Below, piece after piece: positions 18,863-28,251 of a DNA stretch of 51,002 nucleotides. The notes beneath the pieces were generated by a model. It had not been told where the DNA came from and searched no databases. It saw nothing but the letters and a program-made list of their open reading frames with translations. The translations under genes were made by a program, and so were the position numbers. Source of the DNA: Eubacteriales bacterium (GTDB lineage Bacteria; Bacillota; Clostridia; Oscillospirales; SIG627); the NCBI GenBank assembly GCA_045590615.1, contig JAZNRH010000087.1:1-51002 (forward strand), read 5' to 3'. The stretch's first letter is position 1. Every line of letters begins with the position of its first letter.

Positions 18863-21247
18863 ATGTATCAGGTAAAAAAGAGAAACGGAAAAGTTACAGA
18901 ATTTAATATAGCAAAAATCGCAAACGCAATCGAACACGCCTTTGACGCAAAAGAGGTGCAGTATAATAAAGACGTTATAGACTTCCTTGCCCTTAAGGTA
19001 ACGGCTGACTTCCAGCCCAAGATTGAGGACGACCTTATTGCCGTTGAGGATATTCAGGACAGCGTAGAGCACGTTCTCGTTCAGGCAGGTTACTCCGACG
19101 TTGCCAAGGCGTATATCCTTTACCGTCGTCAGCACGAGAAGATGCGTAATATGAAGAGCACTATTCTCGACTACAAGGACGTCGTTGATTCATACGTTAA
19201 GGAAATTGACTGGCGAGTTAAGGAAAATTCGACGGTTACCTATTCGGTAGGTGGTCTTATTCTTTCAAACAGTGGCGCTATTACAGCTAATTATTGGTTG
19301 TCAGAAATTTACGACGACGAAATCGCAGACGCTCACAGAAATGCAGATATTCACCTTCACGACCTTTCAATGCTTACAGGTTATTGTGCAGGTTGGTCGC
19401 TCAGACAGGTTATCAAGGAAGGTCTTGGTGGTGTGTCGGGTAAGATTACCTCGGCTCCTGCAAGTCACCTTGCAACACTTTGTAATCAGATGGTAAACTT
19501 CCTTGGCATTATGCAAAACGAGTGGGCAGGTGCTCAGGCGTTCTCGTCCTTTGACACCTATCTTGCTCCCTTTATCAAGGTTGACAACCTCAGCTATGAC
19601 GCTGCAAAGAAGTGTATTGAGTCCTTCATTTACGGTGTAAATACTCCGAGCCGTTGGGGTACTCAGGCGCCCTTCTCGAACATCACGCTCGACTGGGTTG
19701 TTCCTGCCGACCTCAAGGACCAGAAGGCTATTGTAGGTGGCAAGGAAATGGACTTCACCTACGGTGACTGTAAGGCTGAAATGGATATGGTAAACAAAGC
19801 GTTCATCGAAATTATGATCGAGGGTGACGCTAACGGAAGAGACTTTCAGTATCCTATTCCAACTTATTCAATTACACGCGACTTTGACTGGTCGGAAACA
19901 GAAAATAACAGACTCCTCTTTGAGATGACCTCAAAGTACGGAACTCCTTATTTCTCAAATTACGTAAACAGCGATATGGAGCCAAGTGACGTTCGTTCTA
20001 TGTGCTGCCGTCTCAGACTTGACCTCAGAGAGCTCAGAAAGAAATCGGGTGGTTTCTTTGGTAGTGGTGAGTCTACCGGCTCAATCGGTGTTGTAACTAT
20101 CAATATGCCCAGAATTGCATATCTTTCAACTACTCCCGAGGAATTCTATAAGAGACTTGACAAGATGATGGATATTGCAGCCCGTTCGTTGAAGGTTAAG
20201 AGAAACGTCATTACAAAGCTTCTTGATGAAGGACTTTATCCATACACCAAGAGATATCTTGGCACTTTCAACAATCATTTCTCGACTATCGGTCTTGTAG
20301 GTATGAACGAGGCTTGTCTCAATGCACCTTGGATCAAGAAGGATTTGACCAACAAGGAAGCTCAGGAATTTACAAAGGACGTTCTCAATCATATGAGAGA
20401 GAGACTCTCCGATTATCAGGAAGAGTACGGCGACCTTTATAACCTTGAGGCAACTCCGGCAGAGTCTACCTCATACCGTCTTGCAAAGCACGACCTTGCA
20501 CGTTATCCCGAAATTATTACTGCAAGTGAGGACAACAATACTCCTTATTATACCAACTCTTCGCACCTTCCCGTTGGTTATACCGAAGACGTGTTTGAGG
20601 CTCTTGAAATCCAGGACGAGCTCCAGACCCTTTATACCTCGGGTACAGTATTCCATACCTTCCTTGGCGAGAAGCTTCCCGATTGGAAGGCTGCTGCAAA
20701 TATCGTTCGTAAGATAGCAGAAAATTACAGACTTCCTTATTATACACTTTCTCCAACCTATTCCGTATGTAAGAATCACGGATATATATCGGGTGAGAAG
20801 TTCAAGTGCGATAAGTGTGGCGAAAATACAGAGGTTTATAGCCGTATCACAGGCTACTACCGTCCCGTACAGAACTGGAACACAGGTAAGAGTCAGGAAT
20901 ATAAGGACAGAAAGGAATACGTTCTTGCGACCTCAGTATGCAAGAGAGATGGCGTTGCAGACGGAACTCCTCTTGAGCTTGATGCCGAGGTAAAGACTAC
21001 TGTAGCAGTTGCAGAAAGACAGCTTCTCCTCTTTGCTACAAGAACCTGTCCCAACTGTAAGATAGCAATGTCTCTGTTCGAGAAGGCCGGAATTAAGGTT
21101 GAAAAGCTGATTGTTGACGAAAACCTTGAGCTTGCAAAGTCATTTGACTTGAAGATGGCGCCCACTCTCATAGTAACCGATGGCGAAAGCTACGAGAAGT
21201 ATGCCGGTGTTCAGGAAATCAAAACCTATATTAATTCAGTAAAGTAA
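18863..21247 (+). CDS. nrdD: Anaerobic (class III) ribonucleoside-triphosphate reductase with ATP cone and C-terminal glutaredoxin-like domain
   Basis: VKKRNG ATP cone, IHLHDL, SMCCRL, EATPAES, CKNH...CDKC zinc site, YSRITGYY glycyl radical, C-terminal TCPNC...MAPTL. Confidence 0.95.
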   Translation: MYQVKKRNGKVTEFNIAKIANAIEHAFDAKEVQYNKDVIDFLALKVTADFQPKIEDDLIAVEDIQDSVEHVLVQAGYSDVAKAYILYRRQHEKMRNMKSTILDYKDVVDSYVKEIDWRVKENSTVTYSVGGLILSNSGAITANYWLSEIYDDEIADAHRNADIHLHDLSMLTGYCAGWSLRQVIKEGLGGVSGKITSAPASHLATLCNQMVNFLGIMQNEWAGAQAFSSFDTYLAPFIKVDNLSYDAAKKCIESFIYGVNTPSRWGTQAPFSNITLDWVVPADLKDQKAIVGGKEMDFTYGDCKAEMDMVNKAFIEIMIEGDANGRDFQYPIPTYSITRDFDWSETENNRLLFEMTSKYGTPYFSNYVNSDMEPSDVRSMCCRLRLDLRELRKKSGGFFGSGESTGSIGVVTINMPRIAYLSTTPEEFYKRLDKMMDIAARSLKVKRNVITKLLDEGLYPYTKRYLGTFNNHFSTIGLVGMNEACLNAPWIKKDLTNKEAQEFTKDVLNHMRERLSDYQEEYGDLYNLEATPAESTSYRLAKHDLARYPEIITASEDNNTPYYTNSSHLPVGYTEDVFEALEIQDELQTLYTSGTVFHTFLGEKLPDWKAAANIVRKIAENYRLPYYTLSPTYSVCKNHGYISGEKFKCDKCGENTEVYSRITGYYRPVQNWNTGKSQEYKDRKEYVLATSVCKRDGVADGTPLELDAEVKTTVAVAERQLLLFATRTCPNCKIAMSLFEKAGIKVEKLIVDENLELAKSFDLKMAPTLIVTDGESYEKYAGVQEIKTYINSVK

Positions 21248-21251
21248 AATT

Positions 21252-21315
21252 AGGGGGGACTTTTGAAGTCAAAAGTTCCCCTTTTTCCCCGAAAAAAGGT
21301 TAGACCACATAAAAC
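21252..21315. repeat. nrdD terminator hairpin plus dispersed 24-nt repeat
   Basis: AGGGGGGACTTTTGA-AG-TCAAAAGTTCCCCT followed by Ts. 21292-21315 is the reverse complement of 69-92. Confidence 0.7.
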
Positions 21316-21375
21316 AAATAAAATAATAAGAACATCTGTAAAACAATGAAAACATCTGTAAAATAAGGATAAAAT

Positions 21376-22284
21376 ATGAATATATACGATATAATTGTAG
21401 TTGGCGCAGGTCCTGCAGGGCTTACGGCAGCGCTATATGGATTGAGAGCAGGCAAGAGCGTGCTCATACTTGAAAAAGGTGCGTTTGGAGGTCAGGCGAC
21501 TTTTAGTCCAAAAATTGAAAACTACCCCGGAATGACTCAGATTTCAGGTAATGAGCTTGCTGACAAAATGGTTGAGCAGGTGCTTTATCAAGGCGCAGAG
21601 GTTGAAGTTGAAGAGGTGCTTGAGGTAAAGAACGAGGGCGAGCTGAAAAGGATTATCACCGACTCGGGCGAGCATCTTGCCAGAGCTGTTGTAATTGCAA
21701 CGGGTGCTGAGCATCGCAGACTTGGTGTAGACGGTGAGAGCAAGTTTATAGGAGACGGTATTTCCTTTTGTGCAGTTTGTGACGGTGCTTTTTATGCCGA
21801 TAAAGAGGTTGCAGTTATAGGTGGTGGCAACAGCGCTCTGCAAGAGGCTTTATCTCTTTCGGAAATTTGCAAGAAGGTTACAATCGTTCAGAATCTTGAT
21901 TTCTTAACGGGCGAAAAGAGACTTGCCGAGTTGATTGAAAAGAAGGACAATATTGACGTAATTCTTTCTCATACGGTTGAAAGGGTTTTGGGAGACGACG
22001 TTTTCGCAGGTATTGTGATAAAGGGAAGCGAAGGCGAGAGAGAGCTGGGGCTCGACGGAATGTTTGTGGCAATCGGTCTTTCTCCAGCAACTGCAGGCTT
22101 TGAAAACCTGACCGAGCTTGACAAGTGGGGCTATTTTATCGCAGATGAAGGCTGCACTACAAGCACAGAGGGCGTCTTCGTGGCAGGTGATTGCCGTACC
22201 AAGTCAATCAGACAGATTTCCACGGCTACTGCCGATGGCGCTGTTGCGGCGCTTGCTGCAGTGAAATACATAGAGAATAAGTAA
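21376..22284 (+). CDS. trxB: Thioredoxin-disulfide reductase
   Basis: GAGPAG, IENYPG, CAVCDG, GGGNSA, GVFVAGD. Confidence 0.93.
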   Translation: MNIYDIIVVGAGPAGLTAALYGLRAGKSVLILEKGAFGGQATFSPKIENYPGMTQISGNELADKMVEQVLYQGAEVEVEEVLEVKNEGELKRIITDSGEHLARAVVIATGAEHRRLGVDGESKFIGDGISFCAVCDGAFYADKEVAVIGGGNSALQEALSLSEICKKVTIVQNLDFLTGEKRLAELIEKKDNIDVILSHTVERVLGDDVFAGIVIKGSEGERELGLDGMFVAIGLSPATAGFENLTELDKWGYFIADEGCTTSTEGVFVAGDCRTKSIRQISTATADGAVAALAAVKYIENK

Positions 22285-22300
22285 TAAGTAAAAGGAATAA

Positions 22301-22340
22301 GAAAGGAAGAAAATCGCCAAAGCGATTTTCTTCCTTTTTT
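22301..22340 (+). terminator. trxB intrinsic terminator
   Basis: AAAGGAAGAAAATCGC-CAAA-GCGATTTTCTTCCTTT followed by Ts. Confidence 0.85.
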
Positions 22341-22550
22341 ATCATATAGGAAATTGCTTTGAATTAACCTCGCCGTTTTGCCTTGCTTTAGTTTAGAAAA
22401 AGTAAGGATAGGCGAGATTCGCCAGCGACGGCTCGTCGCTTTTTTATCATATAGGAAATTGCTTTGCATTAACCTCGCCGTTTTGCCTTGCTTTAATTTA
22501 GAATAAGTAAGGATAGGCGAGATTTGCCAGTGGCGGCTCGCCACTTTTTT
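22341..22550 (+). repeat. Tandem duplication of a 105-bp structured element
   Basis: Units start at 22341 and 22446 and differ by 8 substitutions. Each unit holds several hairpins and ends in a 7-bp hairpin plus T-run. Confidence 0.92.
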
Positions 22551-24486
22551 ACTTTATTGTAATTATGAAGACTTCAGGATGGATTGGTTTTATCGGGCAG
22601 TTGATGGTTATATCTTTCCCCGATTTTTCAAAGTCTACGGGAACGTCCTCGCCCTTTCCGTTTATGCGAACAACTTTTTCAACTTCTGCGTCAATCCAGA
22701 GTGGAAGGTTTTCCAGGATATCCCAGCCGAGTGCAAAGGGTGCTACGATATATTCCTTGTCCGAAAGCATACCTGCTCTCAGAAATACCTCGCTGTCTCC
22801 TGTATAATAAAGTGGCAGAGCGCCAAGCTCCAAAAGGATTTTCACCATTTGTTTTTTACGGCTTTCGTTGAGGAACGAGAAGCCCTGAGTGTAAGTGAAC
22901 GGCGCTTTAGGTGTGCCTGCAAAGGTAATGGTGGTTTTTGCGTCCTCTCTTTTGTATATTGCAGTTGCAGGGAAGAGGTGTACTCTGTCAACGTCGTTTT
23001 CAAGATGATATGCAAACGAGTCTGCGATGATTTCCTTTTCGGGAACAAGCTCGAGCAGGTTCATTTGATTTTGACACGTTCCACCGTTTGAAAGCTCTTC
23101 GCCCGTAATGGTTGCACCTGTCCATTTTCTTGTAGAGACTCCGAGATATTTTGCGTAGCCACGTTTCGTTAAAGGCTCAACACATTCAGAGGAAAGAATT
23201 ACGTTGCCCGAGAAAATTTTATCAAGGCTTTCGTCGGAAAAGTAGTCGATTGACGATGACAGGAAGGATACGTTGGCAGTCTCGTCGGTAAAATAGAAGG
23301 GTACGCCGATTCTTTCAAGGAAAAATTCCGAGAAAGAACAGTTGTCTTCCGGCCAATTATAAGTTCTTTCTCTGTGGAATGAGAAATCGGTTGATACTTC
23401 AAAGGGAACGGCAGCGCCAACCCACTTTATTTTGGGGGCGAGTTCGGTTATTCTTTCGTACATTCCCTTGTGATCGTTGAGTGTTTTTCTGTATGCCTTA
23501 CCACTATCTGGTTCATAAGCTGAAAGTCTTGTAAACCAATGCTTAGCACCTGTGCATCCGTCTAACAGGTCTGTTGTAAATTGTGCGTGCAAAACGGTTG
23601 CGCTCTTGCCGTAGCGATTGAAGGGAATGGTGTCGGTTTCGGCAAGAATTACGTCAACGCCTTCTCTTTTAAGCTTTGTTATAGTACGGGCACTTCTTTG
23701 AGCTATGTTTGAAAAGCCTCGCATATTCTGAGGAGCATAGATTCCGTTTGGAACGCGCACGATGGTCGGGTTGCCCTTTCCTGCAAAGGCTTTGCCGGTC
23801 AGAGCTCCAAATTCGCAAAAGTTTCCACCTACGCAGATTGCACCCTGAATGGTTGGGTCGATTTCGTCAATACCCTCTCGAATTGCGCAGATTGTTTCGT
23901 AAAGGGAGTCCTTTTGAGTATCGGAGAATACCCTTGTAATCGGGTCGTTTATGGGGTGGGTTTGAGTATAATTCCAGAGCTCCTCTCGAGTCATATTCAG
24001 ACCTGTACGACGGTTGAATTCTGCCATGTGAAGATGGCAGGCACAGCCGTGACCCTGACGGTAGAGCAAGCGAAAGTCGTCGTCAATCATTATTACGCTT
24101 GGGTGACAAGTGGCAAGCTGTCTGAAAGCATTTTTCAGATATTCTCTGAGTCTTTCGTCGGCAGGACAGCCAACAAAGGTTTCTTCACCGTCGTTGAGAT
24201 TTTTTAATGGTGTGAAGGAGATTGGATTATTCAACGGGTAACCGTGACCCAAGGATGATTGAACCAATATTCCGGAGGGCACGCCGATGGCGTCAAGTTT
24301 TTCTTTGAATTGCAAATACTTGTTGCACAGTGGGGTTGTTTTATCAATTGGGGGCTTTCCTTCAGCGTGAAGCTTCATATAAAAAAGTGGAATGGAAATT
24401 CCTTTTTCATATAAATCCTTAACATCTTCACATATCTGGTCAATGTGATTGATGTCAAGTGGTGTTATTGAATAAAGATGTTTCAT
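22549..24486 (-). CDS. Uncharacterised 645-aa protein, possibly glycoside-hydrolase-like
   Basis: Long ORF with an AAGGAGG RBS. Acidic and Cys motifs MIDDDFRL, GCACHLH and AETD. The function is only a guess. Confidence 0.7.
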   Translation of the reverse strand: MKHLYSITPLDINHIDQICEDVKDLYEKGISIPLFYMKLHAEGKPPIDKTTPLCNKYLQFKEKLDAIGVPSGILVQSSLGHGYPLNNPISFTPLKNLNDGEETFVGCPADERLREYLKNAFRQLATCHPSVIMIDDDFRLLYRQGHGCACHLHMAEFNRRTGLNMTREELWNYTQTHPINDPITRVFSDTQKDSLYETICAIREGIDEIDPTIQGAICVGGNFCEFGALTGKAFAGKGNPTIVRVPNGIYAPQNMRGFSNIAQRSARTITKLKREGVDVILAETDTIPFNRYGKSATVLHAQFTTDLLDGCTGAKHWFTRLSAYEPDSGKAYRKTLNDHKGMYERITELAPKIKWVGAAVPFEVSTDFSFHRERTYNWPEDNCSFSEFFLERIGVPFYFTDETANVSFLSSSIDYFSDESLDKIFSGNVILSSECVEPLTKRGYAKYLGVSTRKWTGATITGEELSNGGTCQNQMNLLELVPEKEIIADSFAYHLENDVDRVHLFPATAIYKREDAKTTITFAGTPKAPFTYTQGFSFLNESRKKQMVKILLELGALPLYYTGDSEVFLRAGMLSDKEYIVAPFALGWDILENLPLWIDAEVEKVVRINGKGEDVPVDFEKSGKDITINCPIKPIHPEVFIITIK

Positions 24487-24584
24487 TTTTGCTTCCTCCT
24501 TTATCTGTCTAAATTATATCAGAAACAGTAAAATCAGACAACACTAATAATCGTCAATTTGAACAAAAAAATGAAACAATATTG

Positions 24585-26438
24585 TTATATACCGAGCAGC
24601 GCTGCTCCTATAATTCCCGCATCGTTTCCGAGCTTTGCAAGTTTGATTTCTGTATGCTTGGCAGAAAATCTTGTATATGCATGCTTTTCAAGTCTTTTTT
24701 TCAAAGGCTCTATAATTGCTTCTCCCTCGTGGCTGATGCCTCCTCCTATGGTGATAATTTCGGGCTGGAATACGTTGGTTACGTTAAGCACGCCCTCTGC
24801 AAGATAGGACAGATATCTGTCAATAACATTTTTTGCAACGTCGTCCTTTGCTAAAAACGGAGTTTTTCCGTTTACTGCGTTTATGTCCCCGTTGACTACT
24901 CTCCAAAGGTCAGAGTCGGGATTTTCTTCCATAGCTTTTTTTGTTTGGCGAACGAGTGCAGTCGCTGAGGTATACGCCTCAAGACATCCGTTTCTTCCAC
25001 AGTTGCATGGCTCGCCGTCCACAACGATTACGGTGTGTCCAAGCTCTCCACCCATGCCCCATTGACCTGTCATGAGCTTGCCGTCGATGATTATACCACC
25101 ACCAACACCCGTACCCAGAGTTATCATTATCATACTGCCCGTGTTTTTTCCCGAGCCTGCAATATATTCTCCCCATGCGGCAGCGTTGGCATCATTTTCA
25201 ATATAAATCGGTTTGCCAAGTCTGCTTTTTATGTAGTCTACTACGGGAGTGTTTATAAAGCCCAGATTGTTGGCAAATACAACGACGCCCGTGTCTTTGT
25301 CTATAGAGCCCGGGAATCCCATGCCTATGGATTCGATTTGCTCAAAATCAAGTCCCGATGCCTTGGTACACTCGTATGCGCACGCAATTACGTCGTCTAA
25401 TATTTCGGTATACGGTCTTGGAGCTCGCGTCTTTTTTCTTGCCCTCCCGTATATATTTCCTTTATGGTCTACTACTGCTGTAGCAATGTTTGTGCCTCCC
25501 AAGTCGATTCCGACAAAGTAGCGTGGTGCGTTTTCTGTCATAATGATTTTAGCATATCCTTTCATACTCCACTTGCCGTAGTCGGCAGGTACGAAAAAGC
25601 TGTCTCCTGCCTTGAAGCGTTCGTTTTCAATTGATGCTTCACCCGATACAAGTGTTACTAAATTATAACTTTCACAGTCGGTTTCAAATTCTTGCTCGCC
25701 CGTTACGTTAAGCTCTGAAACCTTAAAGAATTTTGATTGCCCGAGCACTCTGGTGTTGTTTACCGTTGGAGTGAGTCTTGGCCGGTATGGGGTTAGCTTT
25801 ATCGAGCGAAGCCCTTTTTCTACGTGTAAATCACGTGGCTTGCCGTCCTTTCCAACTCTTCCCCAATCATAAAGCCGATAGGTTATATTTGAATTTTGCT
25901 GGATTTCGAGAATTACGCTGCCTGTGCCGATTGCGTGAACGGTTCCTGCAGCTACAAAGAAGCAGTCGCCTGCCTTGGAGTCAAATACGTTGAGCTTGCT
26001 TTCGAGAGTGTTGTTTTCTATTGCAGTTCTGATGTCATTTTTGGAGACTCCGGTTTTTATGCCACAATAAATTTTTGAATCTTTTTCGGCGTCGATGACG
26101 TACCACATTTCCGTTTTGCCGACTCCGTTTTCCAGAGCTTTTGCAGTTTCATCGTCGGGATGAACCTGAAGGCTTAAATGAGATTTTGCATCTATAAACT
26201 TTACGAGTACGGGAAACTCGTCGCTGATACGTCTCGTGCCAAGCACTTCGGGGTTTTTGGCTATATAATCCTTCAGTGTTGTTTTGTCCGAAAGCAGAGT
26301 TTCTCCGTCGGTATGACAGCTTGCCTCCCAGCTTTCTGCAATAACTCTGTTGGCACTTCCTTTGCCGTACAGCTTGTTAAGTCTGTTTCCACCCCATATA
26401 TAGTCTTTATATGCGGGGTAAAGCTTTTCTATTTTCAT
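24585..26438 (-). CDS. Fusion of class I mannose-6-phosphate isomerase and ROK-family sugar kinase
   Basis: N-half: LSLQVHP, GKTEMWY, GTVHAIG, EIQQNS. C-half: GIDLGGT, ENDANAAA, GTGVGGG, GELGH, CNCGRNGCLE. Confidence 0.9.
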   Translation of the reverse strand: MKIEKLYPAYKDYIWGGNRLNKLYGKGSANRVIAESWEASCHTDGETLLSDKTTLKDYIAKNPEVLGTRRISDEFPVLVKFIDAKSHLSLQVHPDDETAKALENGVGKTEMWYVIDAEKDSKIYCGIKTGVSKNDIRTAIENNTLESKLNVFDSKAGDCFFVAAGTVHAIGTGSVILEIQQNSNITYRLYDWGRVGKDGKPRDLHVEKGLRSIKLTPYRPRLTPTVNNTRVLGQSKFFKVSELNVTGEQEFETDCESYNLVTLVSGEASIENERFKAGDSFFVPADYGKWSMKGYAKIIMTENAPRYFVGIDLGGTNIATAVVDHKGNIYGRARKKTRAPRPYTEILDDVIACAYECTKASGLDFEQIESIGMGFPGSIDKDTGVVVFANNLGFINTPVVDYIKSRLGKPIYIENDANAAAWGEYIAGSGKNTGSMIMITLGTGVGGGIIIDGKLMTGQWGMGGELGHTVIVVDGEPCNCGRNGCLEAYTSATALVRQTKKAMEENPDSDLWRVVNGDINAVNGKTPFLAKDDVAKNVIDRYLSYLAEGVLNVTNVFQPEIITIGGGISHEGEAIIEPLKKRLEKHAYTRFSAKHTEIKLAKLGNDAGIIGAALLGI

Positions 26439-27520
26439 TGTTTTTTCTTTCTGTTATAAAATTCAGCGTACCATTCAGCAAAGCGTCTGAGACCTGTTTC
26501 AAGAGAGGTAGACGGCTTGAACCCAAAATCTTCTTCGAGAGCAGACGTATCTGCGTAGGTTATGGGAACGTCACCTGCTTGCATGGGTACAAGTCTGCGA
26601 TGTGCGTCGAAGTCAAAATCTTCAGGAAGAACCTTTGCGCGAACAAGCTCACGAGAGAGAATGTCAACAAAGTCCAAAAGATTTTCGGGGTTATTATTTC
26701 CTATGTTGTAAACAGCGTAGGGTGGTACGGGAAGCCCGTCCTCTCCGAGTTTTTTCTCGGGAGCTGCTTGCATTACGCGTTTTACACCTTCCACTATGTC
26801 GTCAACGTAGGTGAAATCTCTTTTACAGTTGCCAAAGTTGAAAATATCGATAGTTTCGCCCTTTATTAGCTTGTTGGTAAAGCTGAAGTATGCCATATCG
26901 GGTCTGCCTGCAGGACCGTAAACCGTAAAAAACCGAAGCCCTGTTGAAGGGATATCGTATAGCTTTGAGTATGCGTGAGCAAAAAGCTCGTTTGATTTTT
27001 TGGTAGCAGCGTAAAGGCTTACGGGGTTGTCTACCTTGTCATCGGTTGCATAAGGGATTTTTTTATTGGAGCCATATACCGATGATGACGAAGCGTATAC
27101 GAGGTGTTCTACAGGGAAGTGTCTGCAAGCTTCAAGAATATTGTAAAAGCCTATAACGTTAGCCTCGATATAAACGTCGGGATTGGTTATTGAATATCTG
27201 ACACCTGCCTGGGCTGCAAGGTTTACAACCACGTCAAAGTGTTCTTTTTCAAAAAGTGAGTCGATAAGGCTTTTATCGGCAATAGAACCCTTTATGAACG
27301 ACCAGCTTGACGAGGGGTATTCTTTCGCAACACAGTCAAGCTCTTTAAGACGAAAGTCCTTTATCGAAACGTCGTAATAGTCATTGAGGTTGTCAATGCC
27401 AACTATATGTATGGGAGAAAAGCTTTTGATAAGCTCTTTTACAAGGTTTGCACCTATAAATCCCGCTGCGCCTGTTACGAGAATTTTTTTACCTTTAAGT
27501 TCAACGTTGATTTTTTTCAT
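26435..27520 (-). CDS. NAD-dependent epimerase, UDP-glucuronate 4-epimerase-like
   Basis: TGAAGFIG, LAAQAGVRYS, SLYAATKK, RFFTVYGPAGRPDMA, as in the CapI/GAE subfamily. Confidence 0.85.
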   Translation of the reverse strand: MKKINVELKGKKILVTGAAGFIGANLVKELIKSFSPIHIVGIDNLNDYYDVSIKDFRLKELDCVAKEYPSSSWSFIKGSIADKSLIDSLFEKEHFDVVVNLAAQAGVRYSITNPDVYIEANVIGFYNILEACRHFPVEHLVYASSSSVYGSNKKIPYATDDKVDNPVSLYAATKKSNELFAHAYSKLYDIPSTGLRFFTVYGPAGRPDMAYFSFTNKLIKGETIDIFNFGNCKRDFTYVDDIVEGVKRVMQAAPEKKLGEDGLPVPPYAVYNIGNNNPENLLDFVDILSRELVRAKVLPEDFDFDAHRRLVPMQAGDVPITYADTSALEEDFGFKPSTSLETGLRRFAEWYAEFYNRKKKQ

Positions 27521-28251
27521 TTTGTAATACCCTTGTATTCCTTTTGCACCCTTTCGTAGCTTTCGAGATTTCCTATATCGTATCTTTTTCCCGGCATTTC
27601 CATTGCGTTTACGGTGGTATTATGACAAAGCCACGCTATAAAGCTGCCCGGCGCATCTGCTCCGGCGCCCTCTTCGAGCGCTTCTGATACCTTTTTTGCG
27701 TCCTCTCTCGTGTAGTAATAAAATGGTGGACAGCACCAATTTGATTCGGGCTTTTCGGGTTTTTCGGTCATATCCACGATTTTGTCGCCTTCAAGCTTGA
27801 CAACGCCTGATTTTGTCAGCCTTTTTTCATCTGCTTCAAAGTATCGCATTACTGCAGAGGTGCCCTTTTCTTTAGCATAGGCTATAAACCTTGTGAGGCT
27901 GAAATCTAAAACGTTATCTCCTGCGATAACCAGCATATCGTCGTCGAGCGCGAGCTTATCTATTGCAAATTGAATATCCCTTACTGCGCCAAGTCTTGTT
28001 TCGTTGCTTTCGGTCATGTCGTCAACAACCGTGATTTTAACACTTTTGGTCTTTGCCCACTCGTTGAAATGAGAAGCGAACTTGTGATTTGAAATTACTA
28101 CGTATTCGTTCACCTCGCCCATGGTGTCAATATCGTCGATTAAATGGTCGAGAATTGTTTTTTCACCGACCTTCAAAAGCGGCTTCGGGAAATTTTCGGT
28201 CAGGGGATACAGTCTTGTTGCATAGCCTGCTGCAAGTATTAAGCAAATCAT
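27517..28251 (-). CDS. Sugar-1-phosphate nucleotidyltransferase
   Basis: LAAGYATRLYPLT..FPKPLL, AGDN, EKP, YDIG. Confidence 0.88.
   Translation of the reverse strand: MICLILAAGYATRLYPLTENFPKPLLKVGEKTILDHLIDDIDTMGEVNEYVVISNHKFASHFNEWAKTKSVKITVVDDMTESNETRLGAVRDIQFAIDKLALDDDMLVIAGDNVLDFSLTRFIAYAKEKGTSAVMRYFEADEKRLTKSGVVKLEGDKIVDMTEKPEKPESNWCCPPFYYYTREDAKKVSEALEEGAGADAPGSFIAWLCHNTTVNAMEMPGKRYDIGNLESYERVQKEYKGITK

Noticed and set aside
22131-22544. 137-aa minus-strand ORF with an internal repeat
   Set aside because: It is a translation of the 105-bp repeat (a multiple of 3) running antisense into trxB. The substitutions fit RNA or DNA structure rather than protein conservation.
22341-22550. Possible CRISPR array
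   Set aside because: Only two long adjacent units, no unique spacers and no cas genes in the window.
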